A stretch of DNA of 51,544 bases, counting the filler, from Actinobacteria bacterium UBA7524 (lineage in GTDB: Bacteria > Actinomycetota > Coriobacteriia > Anaerosomatales > UBA912), in assembly GCA_002478275.1 (NCBI GenBank). It is 5 parts of 5 records of this genome, joined end to end, with 100 filler letters (N's around TTAATTAATTAA, not from the genome) between each part and the next. Parts side by side here need not be neighbours in the genome. Positions count along the whole stretch, not along the records: positions 1 to 8,651 come from DLMY01000011.1; 4 more parts are not named here. One strand, written 5' to 3'. The notes beneath the pieces are model-generated. The model saw only the letters and a list, made by a program, of their open reading frames with translations, was not told where the DNA came from and searched no databases. A program made the position numbers and the translations under genes. Numbering within the stretch: the stretch's first letter is position 1; each line of letters opens with the position of its first letter. Below are positions 1 to 7,473 of the stretch, in pieces.

Positions 1-22
1 CACCACTTGACGGGACGTGGCC
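1..22. mobile_element. IS terminal inverted repeat fragment (IS256-like end), left copy
   Basis: CACCACTTGACGGGACGTGGCC matches the reverse complement of 8630-8651 at 21/22 positions and sits at the window/contig start. It resembles actinobacterial IS256-family termini (recalled, not searched). Confidence 0.55.
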
Positions 23-27
23 CAATT

Positions 28-59
28 GTAGCCCGATTTCACTCTCGAAATCGGGCTAC
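28..59. terminator. perfect 13-bp hairpin, probable terminator downstream of the tRNA fragment
   Basis: GTAGCCCGATTTC-actctc-GAAATCGGGCTAC. Confidence 0.6.
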
Positions 60-83
60 TCAGGCCTCTGGCCTGCGAAAACC

Positions 84-107
84 TGGTGCCCCCAAGGGAA
101 TTCGAAT
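84..107 (-). mobile_element. tRNA 3'-end fragment (tRNA-Glu-like), putative att core of an integrated element
   Basis: The minus strand reads ATTCGAATTCCCTTGGGGGCACCA: T-loop TTCGAAT, 3' T-stem, acceptor strand TGGGGGC, then ACCA. No 5' half of a tRNA lies upstream. Confidence 0.65.
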
Positions 108-120
108 ACTGATTGTGCGT

Positions 121-209
121 GTGACTATTGGGACTCGTTGGTACTCGCTGGTGCGGCGGAGCTGCGGTGGGTCCCAATAATAGTCACCAACGAGCACCAA
201 TAGTCACCA
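121..209. repeat. three copies of AATAGTCAC (one inverted), possible integrase arm-type sites
   Basis: GTGACTATTGG at 121-131 (inverted), AATAGTCACCA at 179-189 and 199-209. CCAATAGTCAC at 197-207 is the exact reverse complement of 121-131. Confidence 0.45.
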
Positions 210-351
210 TGTATTTGGGCAACAAATCGGGGGCAGACAAAGCGTGCCGCCGTGAACCGACTACCGTCCGCGACGACATGCCGTCGCTCAATGGTCGGAC
301 CTAGTGGACGCGTCTGCAACTACGCCCAGGACAATCGCACGGACCGAACGA

Positions 352-1287
352 CTAGAGCGACTTGATGACTTCAATCCCCATCTGCCGGGCCTCGATGCCG
401 AGCATCGATGTGTTCTTCACTGCACTATCAGAGTCGAGCGCAAAGACAGCGTCAACTGAAGCCAGTATCTGCGGCATATCCCAAGGTGGTACAAACGGCT
501 CGACTGGCAGGGCAGTCTCAAGGCGCTCGCTAGCCCACCGGACGAAGTCCGACTCCCCCACGCCTTGACCAACTATCCGCAAGATCGTCTTCGACCTATC
601 CTGCTGCGCGTACCAGTCGACGATCTGGTCCAAACCCTTGCGGCGCCAGTGATGATTGATCTTTCCGATATACGCGAACACCCTCCGACTCTCAAGCACA
701 TCACTACCGCTCTCGGCCTCAAACGCGGATTCGTAGACCTCGTAGATGGGCCGACTTTCTGTTCTCGCACCTGTGTCACGGATGACGTGCTCGTGATATT
801 CGTCCGTGATCACCAACTGGGCGTCATGAAGGACGTCATGCAGAATCGCGCCGTACGCGGGGTGGGCTAGGAACTTCGCGATGTCGCTTCCCCCGTGCCG
901 AACGATGTGCGGCACGCCCGTTAGCTTCGAAGCCAGATGCGCAGCGATCCCGTACGGCACGAGGTAGTCGGACTGAATCTGGTCCCAATCGCCCGATCGC
1001 AACACGAGGAGCAGCTCGTTCAGGAGCCTCTCCAAGTAGTCCTGGCTTTGGGGCACGTGCCACGGGGCTGGGCCGGGAATATCGTGAAGGCGCAGTCCGG
1101 CCTGACGGACGAGCCAATCAAGATGCTCATCGCAGCCTGCGATTCTGTACTGCTGCTCGACACTCCCTGAATTCGTGACGAGCGCCACGTCGTGCCCAGC
1201 ATCTAGCAATCGACGCACATGCCAATAGGTGCGTGCGGCGATCCCACCTTCGATCGGTGGGAACTTGCTAACGATACATACGCGCAC
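352..1287 (-). CDS. glycosyltransferase, GT-B fold (GT4-like)
   Basis: N-terminal VRVCIVSKFPPIEGG, YLVPYG..AHLAS..TGVPHIVRHGGSDI, FAYIGK, and C-terminal IEA..MG. The GTG start at 1287 overlaps the asnB end; the ORF track starts it at 1374. Confidence 0.85.
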   Translation of the reverse strand: MRVCIVSKFPPIEGGIAARTYWHVRRLLDAGHDVALVTNSGSVEQQYRIAGCDEHLDWLVRQAGLRLHDIPGPAPWHVPQSQDYLERLLNELLLVLRSGDWDQIQSDYLVPYGIAAHLASKLTGVPHIVRHGGSDIAKFLAHPAYGAILHDVLHDAQLVITDEYHEHVIRDTGARTESRPIYEVYESAFEAESGSDVLESRRVFAYIGKINHHWRRKGLDQIVDWYAQQDRSKTILRIVGQGVGESDFVRWASERLETALPVEPFVPPWDMPQILASVDAVFALDSDSAVKNTSMLGIEARQMGIEVIKSL

Positions 1288-2995
1288 GGTTGCCGCCTCT
1301 GTAGAACTCCTCGACATCGAAACCCGCCGAGAGTGCACCGCGATTCTCCACGAATACGTAGTGGAAGAGGTCAAACATCACGGCGTCCAACGGTGACTTC
1401 ACGAAACACCGGAATGGATGGGAGGAAAGATCAGCATCCGATACAGCCCGAGAAGCGAAGTCCTCGACCTGCAGCGATATCCGATCCACGGCGGCCGGCA
1501 TCCCGGCCTTCTTCCGATGTAATAGGTGCGTCACGCCATAGCTCTCAAACACCGGCATCGCCGCCTCCCTCAGAACGCGCTTTGTATCCCTCCCGAGCAC
1601 CCTGGCTTCGATCGGAAGCGAAAGTGCCAGATCGACGAGATCGTCGTGCAGATACGCAGGACGAACTTCAAATCCGAATGCGGAGCAAGATCGGTCCACG
1701 CTCCAGAGGTGGTAGTTCGACAGGCCGCCGCGGATCAGAAAGTCGAACAGATTTCGCCGATAGACGGATTCATTCTCCGGTCGCGGGAACAGCGCATTGA
1801 CCTGCTCAACTACCGTATCCGGCGACCCGATGGCCTTAAGTCGTCCACGAATTCGGTCGGAGAACCCGAGCGGGTGCGTGTAGGACCAGTAATAGCCGCC
1901 GAAGAGCTCATCCGCGCCTTCTCCGGAAAATGCCACTCGAACGTGCTCGGATATCTTGCGTGACAGCATCTGGTACGCCATGCCTCCGTGGATGTCGAAC
2001 ACCCCACCGGCCACCACGTTCTCATAGTGCTGCACGAAGACAGGGAGTTCCCGCAGATAGTCGTCGATGGTCACACGGAACTCGTGATGGTCGGCACCCA
2101 CCGCTTTCGCGACCTCACGTGCCGCGTACAGGTCTGGGGTGTCGCCACCGTCCGCAAGGGTGAACGTCACCGGCGAACTCGCCTCCAGCTGGTCCGCAAG
2201 CATCACGAGCAGCGACGAATCGAGACCCCCGGACAGGTAGAACGCCTTGTCCAGCGGATCATGCCGCAGCATCTGGTCGAGTCCGTTTCGCAGGCACCCG
2301 AGCACATCATTCGCGGAGTCGGCACAGGATTCTTCTGCGCCGTCGTATCGCGCTGGCTCTGGCTCCCAGTACCTGTGGACTCGCACTCGCCCCCCGGAGA
2401 TCTCGACCACGGTTCCCGGCGGAACCTGCTTGATGTTGGCAAAGGGGGTTCGATCAGGCGAGCTGATATAGCCGAACACGGCGGTCTCATCCATCGCTTG
2501 TTCGTCGAGGGCGGTTGGCACTCTCTTGTCGGCCAGCACCGCCTTGATCTCCGAGCCAAAGACGACTTCATCACCAACAACACTGTAGAAGAGGGGCTTG
2601 ATCCCGAGTCGGTCGCGAGCCAGCAGGATCCTGCGGCCATCAACTGCGGCAACCGCAAACATCCCGTGAAGTCTCGCAAACCCATGCCAATCCTCGCGGC
2701 GGATGAGTACTTGGATCAGGTGAGACTCCGCGTCAAGCGGGTCGAGACTCAGTGACAGGGTGCGTGAGAGCTCCCGGTAGTTGTATATCTCGCCGTTGAA
2801 GAGGACGACGGGGCTACCTGCTCGAGGCATAGGAGCATCACTTGAGCCGATGATCGCCAAACGGCAGCCGCCCAGGGATGCCTCCAGCTCCGTCCTCACG
2901 TCGAACGAGTCGGGCCCGCGATGACTGATGGAGCCGAGCATCCGGCTGACAAGCGCGGAATCCTCTCGGCCGATTACCCCGCAGATCCCACACAT
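1268..2995 (-). CDS. asnB: asparagine synthase (glutamine-hydrolysing)-like amidotransferase
   Basis: N-terminal MCGICG (Ntn Cys), HRGPD, FNGEIYNY, ARDRLGIKPLFY, LSGGLDSS, SGEGADELFGGY. Confidence 0.92.
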   Translation of the reverse strand: MCGICGVIGREDSALVSRMLGSISHRGPDSFDVRTELEASLGGCRLAIIGSSDAPMPRAGSPVVLFNGEIYNYRELSRTLSLSLDPLDAESHLIQVLIRREDWHGFARLHGMFAVAAVDGRRILLARDRLGIKPLFYSVVGDEVVFGSEIKAVLADKRVPTALDEQAMDETAVFGYISSPDRTPFANIKQVPPGTVVEISGGRVRVHRYWEPEPARYDGAEESCADSANDVLGCLRNGLDQMLRHDPLDKAFYLSGGLDSSLLVMLADQLEASSPVTFTLADGGDTPDLYAAREVAKAVGADHHEFRVTIDDYLRELPVFVQHYENVVAGGVFDIHGGMAYQMLSRKISEHVRVAFSGEGADELFGGYYWSYTHPLGFSDRIRGRLKAIGSPDTVVEQVNALFPRPENESVYRRNLFDFLIRGGLSNYHLWSVDRSCSAFGFEVRPAYLHDDLVDLALSLPIEARVLGRDTKRVLREAAMPVFESYGVTHLLHRKKAGMPAAVDRISLQVEDFASRAVSDADLSSHPFRCFVKSPLDAVMFDLFHYVFVENRGALSAGFDVEEFYRGGNRARMYR

Positions 2996-3771
2996 CACAA
3001 GCCCGCAAGAAACGGAGCTGCTTCTGAGAGCCCCCAGAACGCATACACGGTGCCCTCGTCGATGAAGTGATAGCGCCAGTGCCCTGAGTCCAACTGACTC
3101 CGACTAAGCCAGCGAGCAGCGGGCTCGAGCAGAGAGCAATCGGGAAACACAGCGGACAAGCCAACCAGGCACAGCCCCGTCGCCCAAGGATCGCTGCCCA
3201 CCGGGTGGCCCCTCCAGGGCCCGAACCCACCGTCCGTGTTGACGTTCGCTTCGAGAAAGCCGAGTGTCCTCCGCTCAAGCTCATGGTTACGGCATGGATT
3301 CTGCGCCTGGCACATCAAGTACATCGCGCCTTTGTATGTCAGCGCAACGTCTGCCCGTAGGTCATCGGCCCACATGTCCTCGAGCTTCGTCCAGTCCTCC
3401 GGCAGGCCGAGGTCGCCATGCAATCTGAGCACGAGCCCAGTCGTCGGGACGCGCGCAACATCGCGCCGGCTTCGCCCCCAACCTCCACCCGCTGAACGAT
3501 TCGACCCAATCCAAGCGAGTCCGGCCTGCGAACTCGTCGAGTCGACGGGCAGAGCCGCCGCGCACCACGCGGTCTCCTCAATGTCAGTCCAACCGCCATC
3601 CTCTTGCTGCCGATCCACGACAAGATCGTCGAAGCCCTCAGGTCGTGATCCTGCCAAGACCGCTAGTCTAGCCACCCTCGTGCAGTCAGAGAGACGCTCG
3701 GCCATCCCAGTCGCTCTCCCGTCGAGGGCCAACTGAGCGCGATCAAGCACTGCGCTCACAGAGACTGTCAT
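2995..3771 (-). CDS. prenyltransferase/squalene-oxidase (QW) repeat alpha-alpha toroid protein
   Basis: Four QW-type repeats: QQEDGGW, RSAGGGWG, NTDGGFG, SQLDSGHW. Its start overlaps the upstream stop (ATGA) and its stop overlaps the asnB start (TGATG). Confidence 0.8.
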   Translation of the reverse strand: MTVSVSAVLDRAQLALDGRATGMAERLSDCTRVARLAVLAGSRPEGFDDLVVDRQQEDGGWTDIEETAWCAAALPVDSTSSQAGLAWIGSNRSAGGGWGRSRRDVARVPTTGLVLRLHGDLGLPEDWTKLEDMWADDLRADVALTYKGAMYLMCQAQNPCRNHELERRTLGFLEANVNTDGGFGPWRGHPVGSDPWATGLCLVGLSAVFPDCSLLEPAARWLSRSQLDSGHWRYHFIDEGTVYAFWGLSEAAPFLAGL

Positions 3772-5876
3772 GCTGTCACCGGTCGCATGAGTGGCGCCTG
3801 CCGCTGGCGGAAGATACCGCGCTTCTCATCGTCGGCGAGGATCGAATCGCACTCAGCGCACACGTAGAATATCTGCTCGCAATCGCCGAATACCTCGAAG
3901 CGGAAGGGCATCTCCCATGAATAGTAGTCTCCACAGCAGGAGCACTTGATCTTGCGTGCAATGGGGTCAATGACCAGACCTACGTCGCCGGGCGCAACGA
4001 CCACCAGCGGCGACCCGGCTCCGGCTGACTCTTGCATGTGTCGATTGAGTCGGTTGGCTAGGTCGGCCCGAAGCCCGTGGCTCATCTCCTCGCCGAACTC
4101 AGACAACACGACAAGCACGGCCCGCCCATCGCCGGACGTCCGCACCACATCAGCTGCTGCCTCGATGAACCACAAGATTCCCGGCAGGTATAGATGCCAC
4201 CCCTTGTGCACGACATCTCGACCGGTCTTTTCGGTCGAGTAGTACTCAAAGACGCCGAACTTTGACTTCTTCGCCATGGCACCCAAGTGCAAACAGATGA
4301 CATCGGCATATGAGCCGAGCTTCAGATACTGAGCGGCCACCTCATTGCTCCATTGGGTGTCTGAGGGAATCGCGATGCGGGCGGTCTCGCCAGGGACCGA
4401 AACCTCGATAAGTACGCCGATGCTATCGTATCCATGCCTTTGGGGAAGTTCAGATGCGTCCTTGTGTATGGCCAGCATCGCTTCGACGTTCAACGCCGCA
4501 TCAATCGGTTTCCCGTCTACGTCGTGGAAGGCGACTGGGTCTTTGAAGCCGTCCTTCCCCGGGGTCCTCACGAACGTGTCGCGGAAGACGATCCTGGTCG
4601 TCTCAATTGAGGCGTTCAGTCGCTCGAAGGCCCCGCCCGACAAGAGGGCATCGACCTTTCGGCTCCCAGCCGACTGTCCGCCGCCAACCCGATTCTTCTG
4701 GGCCTCGAGAAGCAGGTTCACGAGCGGTTCGAAATCCACCAGGTGGTCCGGATGATCATGGGTCACGATGACACCCGATACATCCCTGACCCCGAAGCCC
4801 TGAGAGAAGAAGTTCCTCAAGAAGCCGTAACCCGGATCTATCACAATGCCAGCGTCGATGGTCTCACCTGTGGACGTCCCCTCATCGTGGGCTTCAGGGA
4901 CCCGGTATAAGAAGTACCCGCCCCCTTCAGATGTCCCAAGTGCCGGCGTGTAGGAGTTCCAGCGTTGGAGAACGCAGAATCGCCAGCCTGTCTCCGAGTG
5001 ACGTCTCTGTTTGTAGAGCCGTTCGGTTAGAAGTCTCTCGTTGCGGCCAATCACAGCGTCGTAGTAGTGATGCAGCGGCCCATCCGGGGGTTGGGTGATC
5101 AGGCCGGCATTGTTGACCGCCAAGCTGCGCGCCACAACGCAATCATCGCTCAGCACCGCACCAGAGGAACCGTCCGCCAACATGCACTGGAAGTCCTCAC
5201 ATGTCTCGCACTTGGCTGCAAGTTCGCCGGGAGACAAACGCTGATGGGCCGGCAACTCAGAAGCAGAGGGCTTGAGGAAGGCTCGCTGGAGAAAGCGCCG
5301 AAGGGCTCGACTCGCCAAGGGCGGCTCGAGGGCTGCTATGGGACCGCCCAATGGAAGCTGGCCCCCAGCGAGCAGATCCTTCCATTCGCACCAGTGTTCC
5401 CTCACGAAGCGGGGTATGCCCTCGTCGCCCCCCAGTCCGCACAACCCTTCTGCGAGCCTCAATGCAAACGCGTTGACTTCCTCAAGCCCGTCGCAAGCAC
5501 GCCCCTCCTCGAGGAGGTGTTCGAGGTTCTCACTTAGCAGCCGTCGAATCTCGACCTTATGCTCGCGGTTGCTTTCGTCAATGCACAGATCGAGCGCGGC
5601 ATCCTTCAGAGACTGAATCGAGGCCCAGACCAGCTCTTCAGGAAGCTCCAGATTCAAGTAGCGGACGATTGCGGCAGCAGCCATATCGACACAGGCCGCG
5701 TGCTTGCACTTCCTAGTGGTGGCCTCTAGTAGGTCGGCACACGCGGACAGGCCCTTGACCCAATCCAAGATGGTCTGATCGAGCTCTGACCTGTCTTCGC
5801 CGACCCAAACGAGCCTCTGCTCCAGAGTTGTTCCGAGACGCTGAAGCTCATCTACGGCTTGATCTACGCAGGACAT
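3768..5876 (-). CDS. MBL-fold metallo-hydrolase with long helical N-terminal region and C-terminal Cys-rich (Zn-ribbon-like) motif
   Basis: RWNSYTP..GGGYFL, GIVIDPG, THDHPDH (HxHxDH), SDT, CLHLG; C-terminal CSCC...CAEC. GGGGGAGA SD precedes the ATG. Confidence 0.8.
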   Translation of the reverse strand: MSCVDQAVDELQRLGTTLEQRLVWVGEDRSELDQTILDWVKGLSACADLLEATTRKCKHAACVDMAAAAIVRYLNLELPEELVWASIQSLKDAALDLCIDESNREHKVEIRRLLSENLEHLLEEGRACDGLEEVNAFALRLAEGLCGLGGDEGIPRFVREHWCEWKDLLAGGQLPLGGPIAALEPPLASRALRRFLQRAFLKPSASELPAHQRLSPGELAAKCETCEDFQCMLADGSSGAVLSDDCVVARSLAVNNAGLITQPPDGPLHHYYDAVIGRNERLLTERLYKQRRHSETGWRFCVLQRWNSYTPALGTSEGGGYFLYRVPEAHDEGTSTGETIDAGIVIDPGYGFLRNFFSQGFGVRDVSGVIVTHDHPDHLVDFEPLVNLLLEAQKNRVGGGQSAGSRKVDALLSGGAFERLNASIETTRIVFRDTFVRTPGKDGFKDPVAFHDVDGKPIDAALNVEAMLAIHKDASELPQRHGYDSIGVLIEVSVPGETARIAIPSDTQWSNEVAAQYLKLGSYADVICLHLGAMAKKSKFGVFEYYSTEKTGRDVVHKGWHLYLPGILWFIEAAADVVRTSGDGRAVLVVLSEFGEEMSHGLRADLANRLNRHMQESAGAGSPLVVVAPGDVGLVIDPIARKIKCSCCGDYYSWEMPFRFEVFGDCEQIFYVCAECDSILADDEKRGIFRQRQAPLMRPVTA

Positions 5877-7057
5877 GATTCTCCCCCGGTAGTCGTGGGC
5901 TCTGCGCTGATCCTCATGGCTAGCTTAGTCACCTGGAGTCCGTGCCTCTCCGCCTCCACACCAAGAGACTGGAGAGCAATCCCCCTCTTGCGGCCGCAGG
6001 CTGAGTCTCGCCATTCTGGGGTGGGCTTCTCGAGCCTAGCCCCGCCAAGATCGTTGGCGATCCTCGCTTGCATGACGTCAACGCGAGCCTGCTGATACTG
6101 CGTCAACTGCAGGCCCTTGAGTTTGCCCAGCTCCCGCTCGGAGTCCGTGGATCTCTGCAGGTTGAGGAGTGTGTCAGCAGCTTGAACGACCGATGGAACC
6201 CGAAGATATGTATCGAAGAGTCTCCGACAGTCCGGCCATGCGTAGGGATTCAGCGCCAGCTGGCAGAAGTACTGGTCGGAATCGGAATCGCCATTCAAGT
6301 ACTCCGAGACCTGTCTGAACCGTCCAAGTGCATCGATGTGGTCTCTGTCGTGCAAGCTGCCTTGGGCCTTGTTGTACAAAGCAACCAACTCGTGCGGAGA
6401 CACTCCCTCTCCCACCTCATCCTTGATGTGATTCAGGCAGTCGTCAGCAAGGGCGATTGAATGGTGACCGTGATAACACGCCGACGCTTCATTCAAGAAC
6501 AGCCAGCGGAGAATCCGCAGCTGGCCAGCCAGCGCGGTCGTATCACGTCGTTCGGGAACCGGAGCCTCTCGGACTAGCGCAAGCCCCACCTGATCGAGCG
6601 CAGCAGCCGCAGCAGTGCTGGATCGCTTCTGGAGCAGCGCTCGCTCTACCTTCGCGACGAGCAGCTTCGTCCAAAGACCATCGACAACTGGATCCTCTCC
6701 GCAGCCTTCAATCCTCGGATCCTGCTGGAGGGGCTCAAGCACAACGGACTTCAGCAGACGCCTCTCGGTATCACCGTGCGGTTCATGAAACGCAATGCGA
6801 ATACCGGATAGACCGTCTGGCACGTGCAGGCTCGGGTCGACACTGAAGTGCTCCCTCTCCCAAGGGGCGACTGACGTGTCGTCGCAGAGCGTACTGTCGA
6901 TCTTGACCAAGTCGTCAAGGTCGAGGTCCCGGAGTGCCTCGCCGGTAATTGAGCACCATGGCCCGTTGTAGTCCTCTTGGTCCACAGCGACGTCGTAGAG
7001 CAGACAGAAATACTCAAGCGCTCGAAACCTTGGGCTTCGAACGCGAGCGGTGGCCAC
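5864..7057 (-). CDS. hypothetical alpha-helical (TPR-like) protein
   Basis: 397-aa ORF coupled to both neighbours. TPR-like segments include ALYNKAQGSLHDRDHIDALGRFRQV and QAADTLLNLQRSTDSEREL. Confidence 0.65.
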   Translation of the reverse strand: MATARVRSPRFRALEYFCLLYDVAVDQEDYNGPWCSITGEALRDLDLDDLVKIDSTLCDDTSVAPWEREHFSVDPSLHVPDGLSGIRIAFHEPHGDTERRLLKSVVLEPLQQDPRIEGCGEDPVVDGLWTKLLVAKVERALLQKRSSTAAAAALDQVGLALVREAPVPERRDTTALAGQLRILRWLFLNEASACYHGHHSIALADDCLNHIKDEVGEGVSPHELVALYNKAQGSLHDRDHIDALGRFRQVSEYLNGDSDSDQYFCQLALNPYAWPDCRRLFDTYLRVPSVVQAADTLLNLQRSTDSERELGKLKGLQLTQYQQARVDVMQARIANDLGGARLEKPTPEWRDSACGRKRGIALQSLGVEAERHGLQVTKLAMRISAEPTTTGGESCPA

Positions 7058-7065
7058 CGGGGAGC

Positions 7066-7206
7066 CTACCTACACCCGTGGCACGAGGAGCACTGCCGGC
7101 AGGCCAGTTCCTTGTTCACGTTCTCCACGCCTCGCAGTGGGAACCGCATCTTGTCCTGCTTCTTGATCGCCGGCTTCTCGTACGTCTTGGCCTTCTTGGC
7201 AGCCAT
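7066..7206 (-). CDS. 46-aa Cys-rich RiPP precursor peptide (not in ORF track)
   Basis: Hand translation: MAAKKAKTYEKPAIKKQDKMRFPLRGVENVNKELACRQCSSCHGCR*. The ATG is 3 nt after the PqqD stop with AAGGGGG upstream; strongly G/C-ending codons; YxxP-type leader motif. Confidence 0.85.
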   Translation of the reverse strand: MAAKKAKTYEKPAIKKQDKMRFPLRGVENVNKELACRQCSSCHGCR

Positions 7207-7209
7207 GCC

Positions 7210-7473
7210 TTACGCCCCCTTTGTCACGAGTCCTTCGCTTGCACATGTTTCAAGCAACTCCGCGACATCCGCCCTGACGGTGTTCACGTCCGTACCAAAC
7301 TCGTCGGCAAGGCCGAGCACGATCGTCTCGAACTCGGCTCCACTCTCGAGCGCTTCCAGCACGGTGAATGCTGTCCCATTCACCTCGTAGTGCTCACCGC
7401 TCTCCAAATCGAATGCCCAGAACGTCTCGGATGGGCCCCTTCGAAGACGCAGGCCCTGTCTCACACGATACAT
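7210..7473 (-). CDS. PqqD-family RiPP recognition element (RRE)
   Basis: 87 aa; SGEHYEVNGTAFTVLEAL...LADEFGTDVNTVRADVAELLETCASEGLV is the typical PqqD winged-helix pattern. Confidence 0.9.
   Translation of the reverse strand: MYRVRQGLRLRRGPSETFWAFDLESGEHYEVNGTAFTVLEALESGAEFETIVLGLADEFGTDVNTVRADVAELLETCASEGLVTKGA

Noticed and set aside
125..319. 64-aa ORF downstream of the glycosyltransferase as a second precursor
   Set aside because: It has no SD or leader motif, its composition is unlike the real precursor, and it overlaps the att-arm-like repeats.
2995..3771. Squalene-hopene cyclase
   Set aside because: It is only 258 aa and has no clear DxDD motif; only the QW repeats are shared.
7078..7092. 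CSSCH as a c-type heme-binding CxxCH motif
   Set aside because: The peptide has no signal sequence or hydrophobic segment for export to heme lyases. The motif is part of a regular Cx2Cx2Cx2C series next to RiPP enzymes.
1268..7473. Lasso peptide cluster (AsnB homologue + RRE + YxxP leader, with G26..E33 giving a possible 8-residue ring)
   Set aside because: There is no transglutaminase-like B2 protease and no Thr at -2 of that putative core. The AsnB keeps an intact N-terminal Cys glutaminase domain, and the RRE and peptide are coupled to the rSAM instead.
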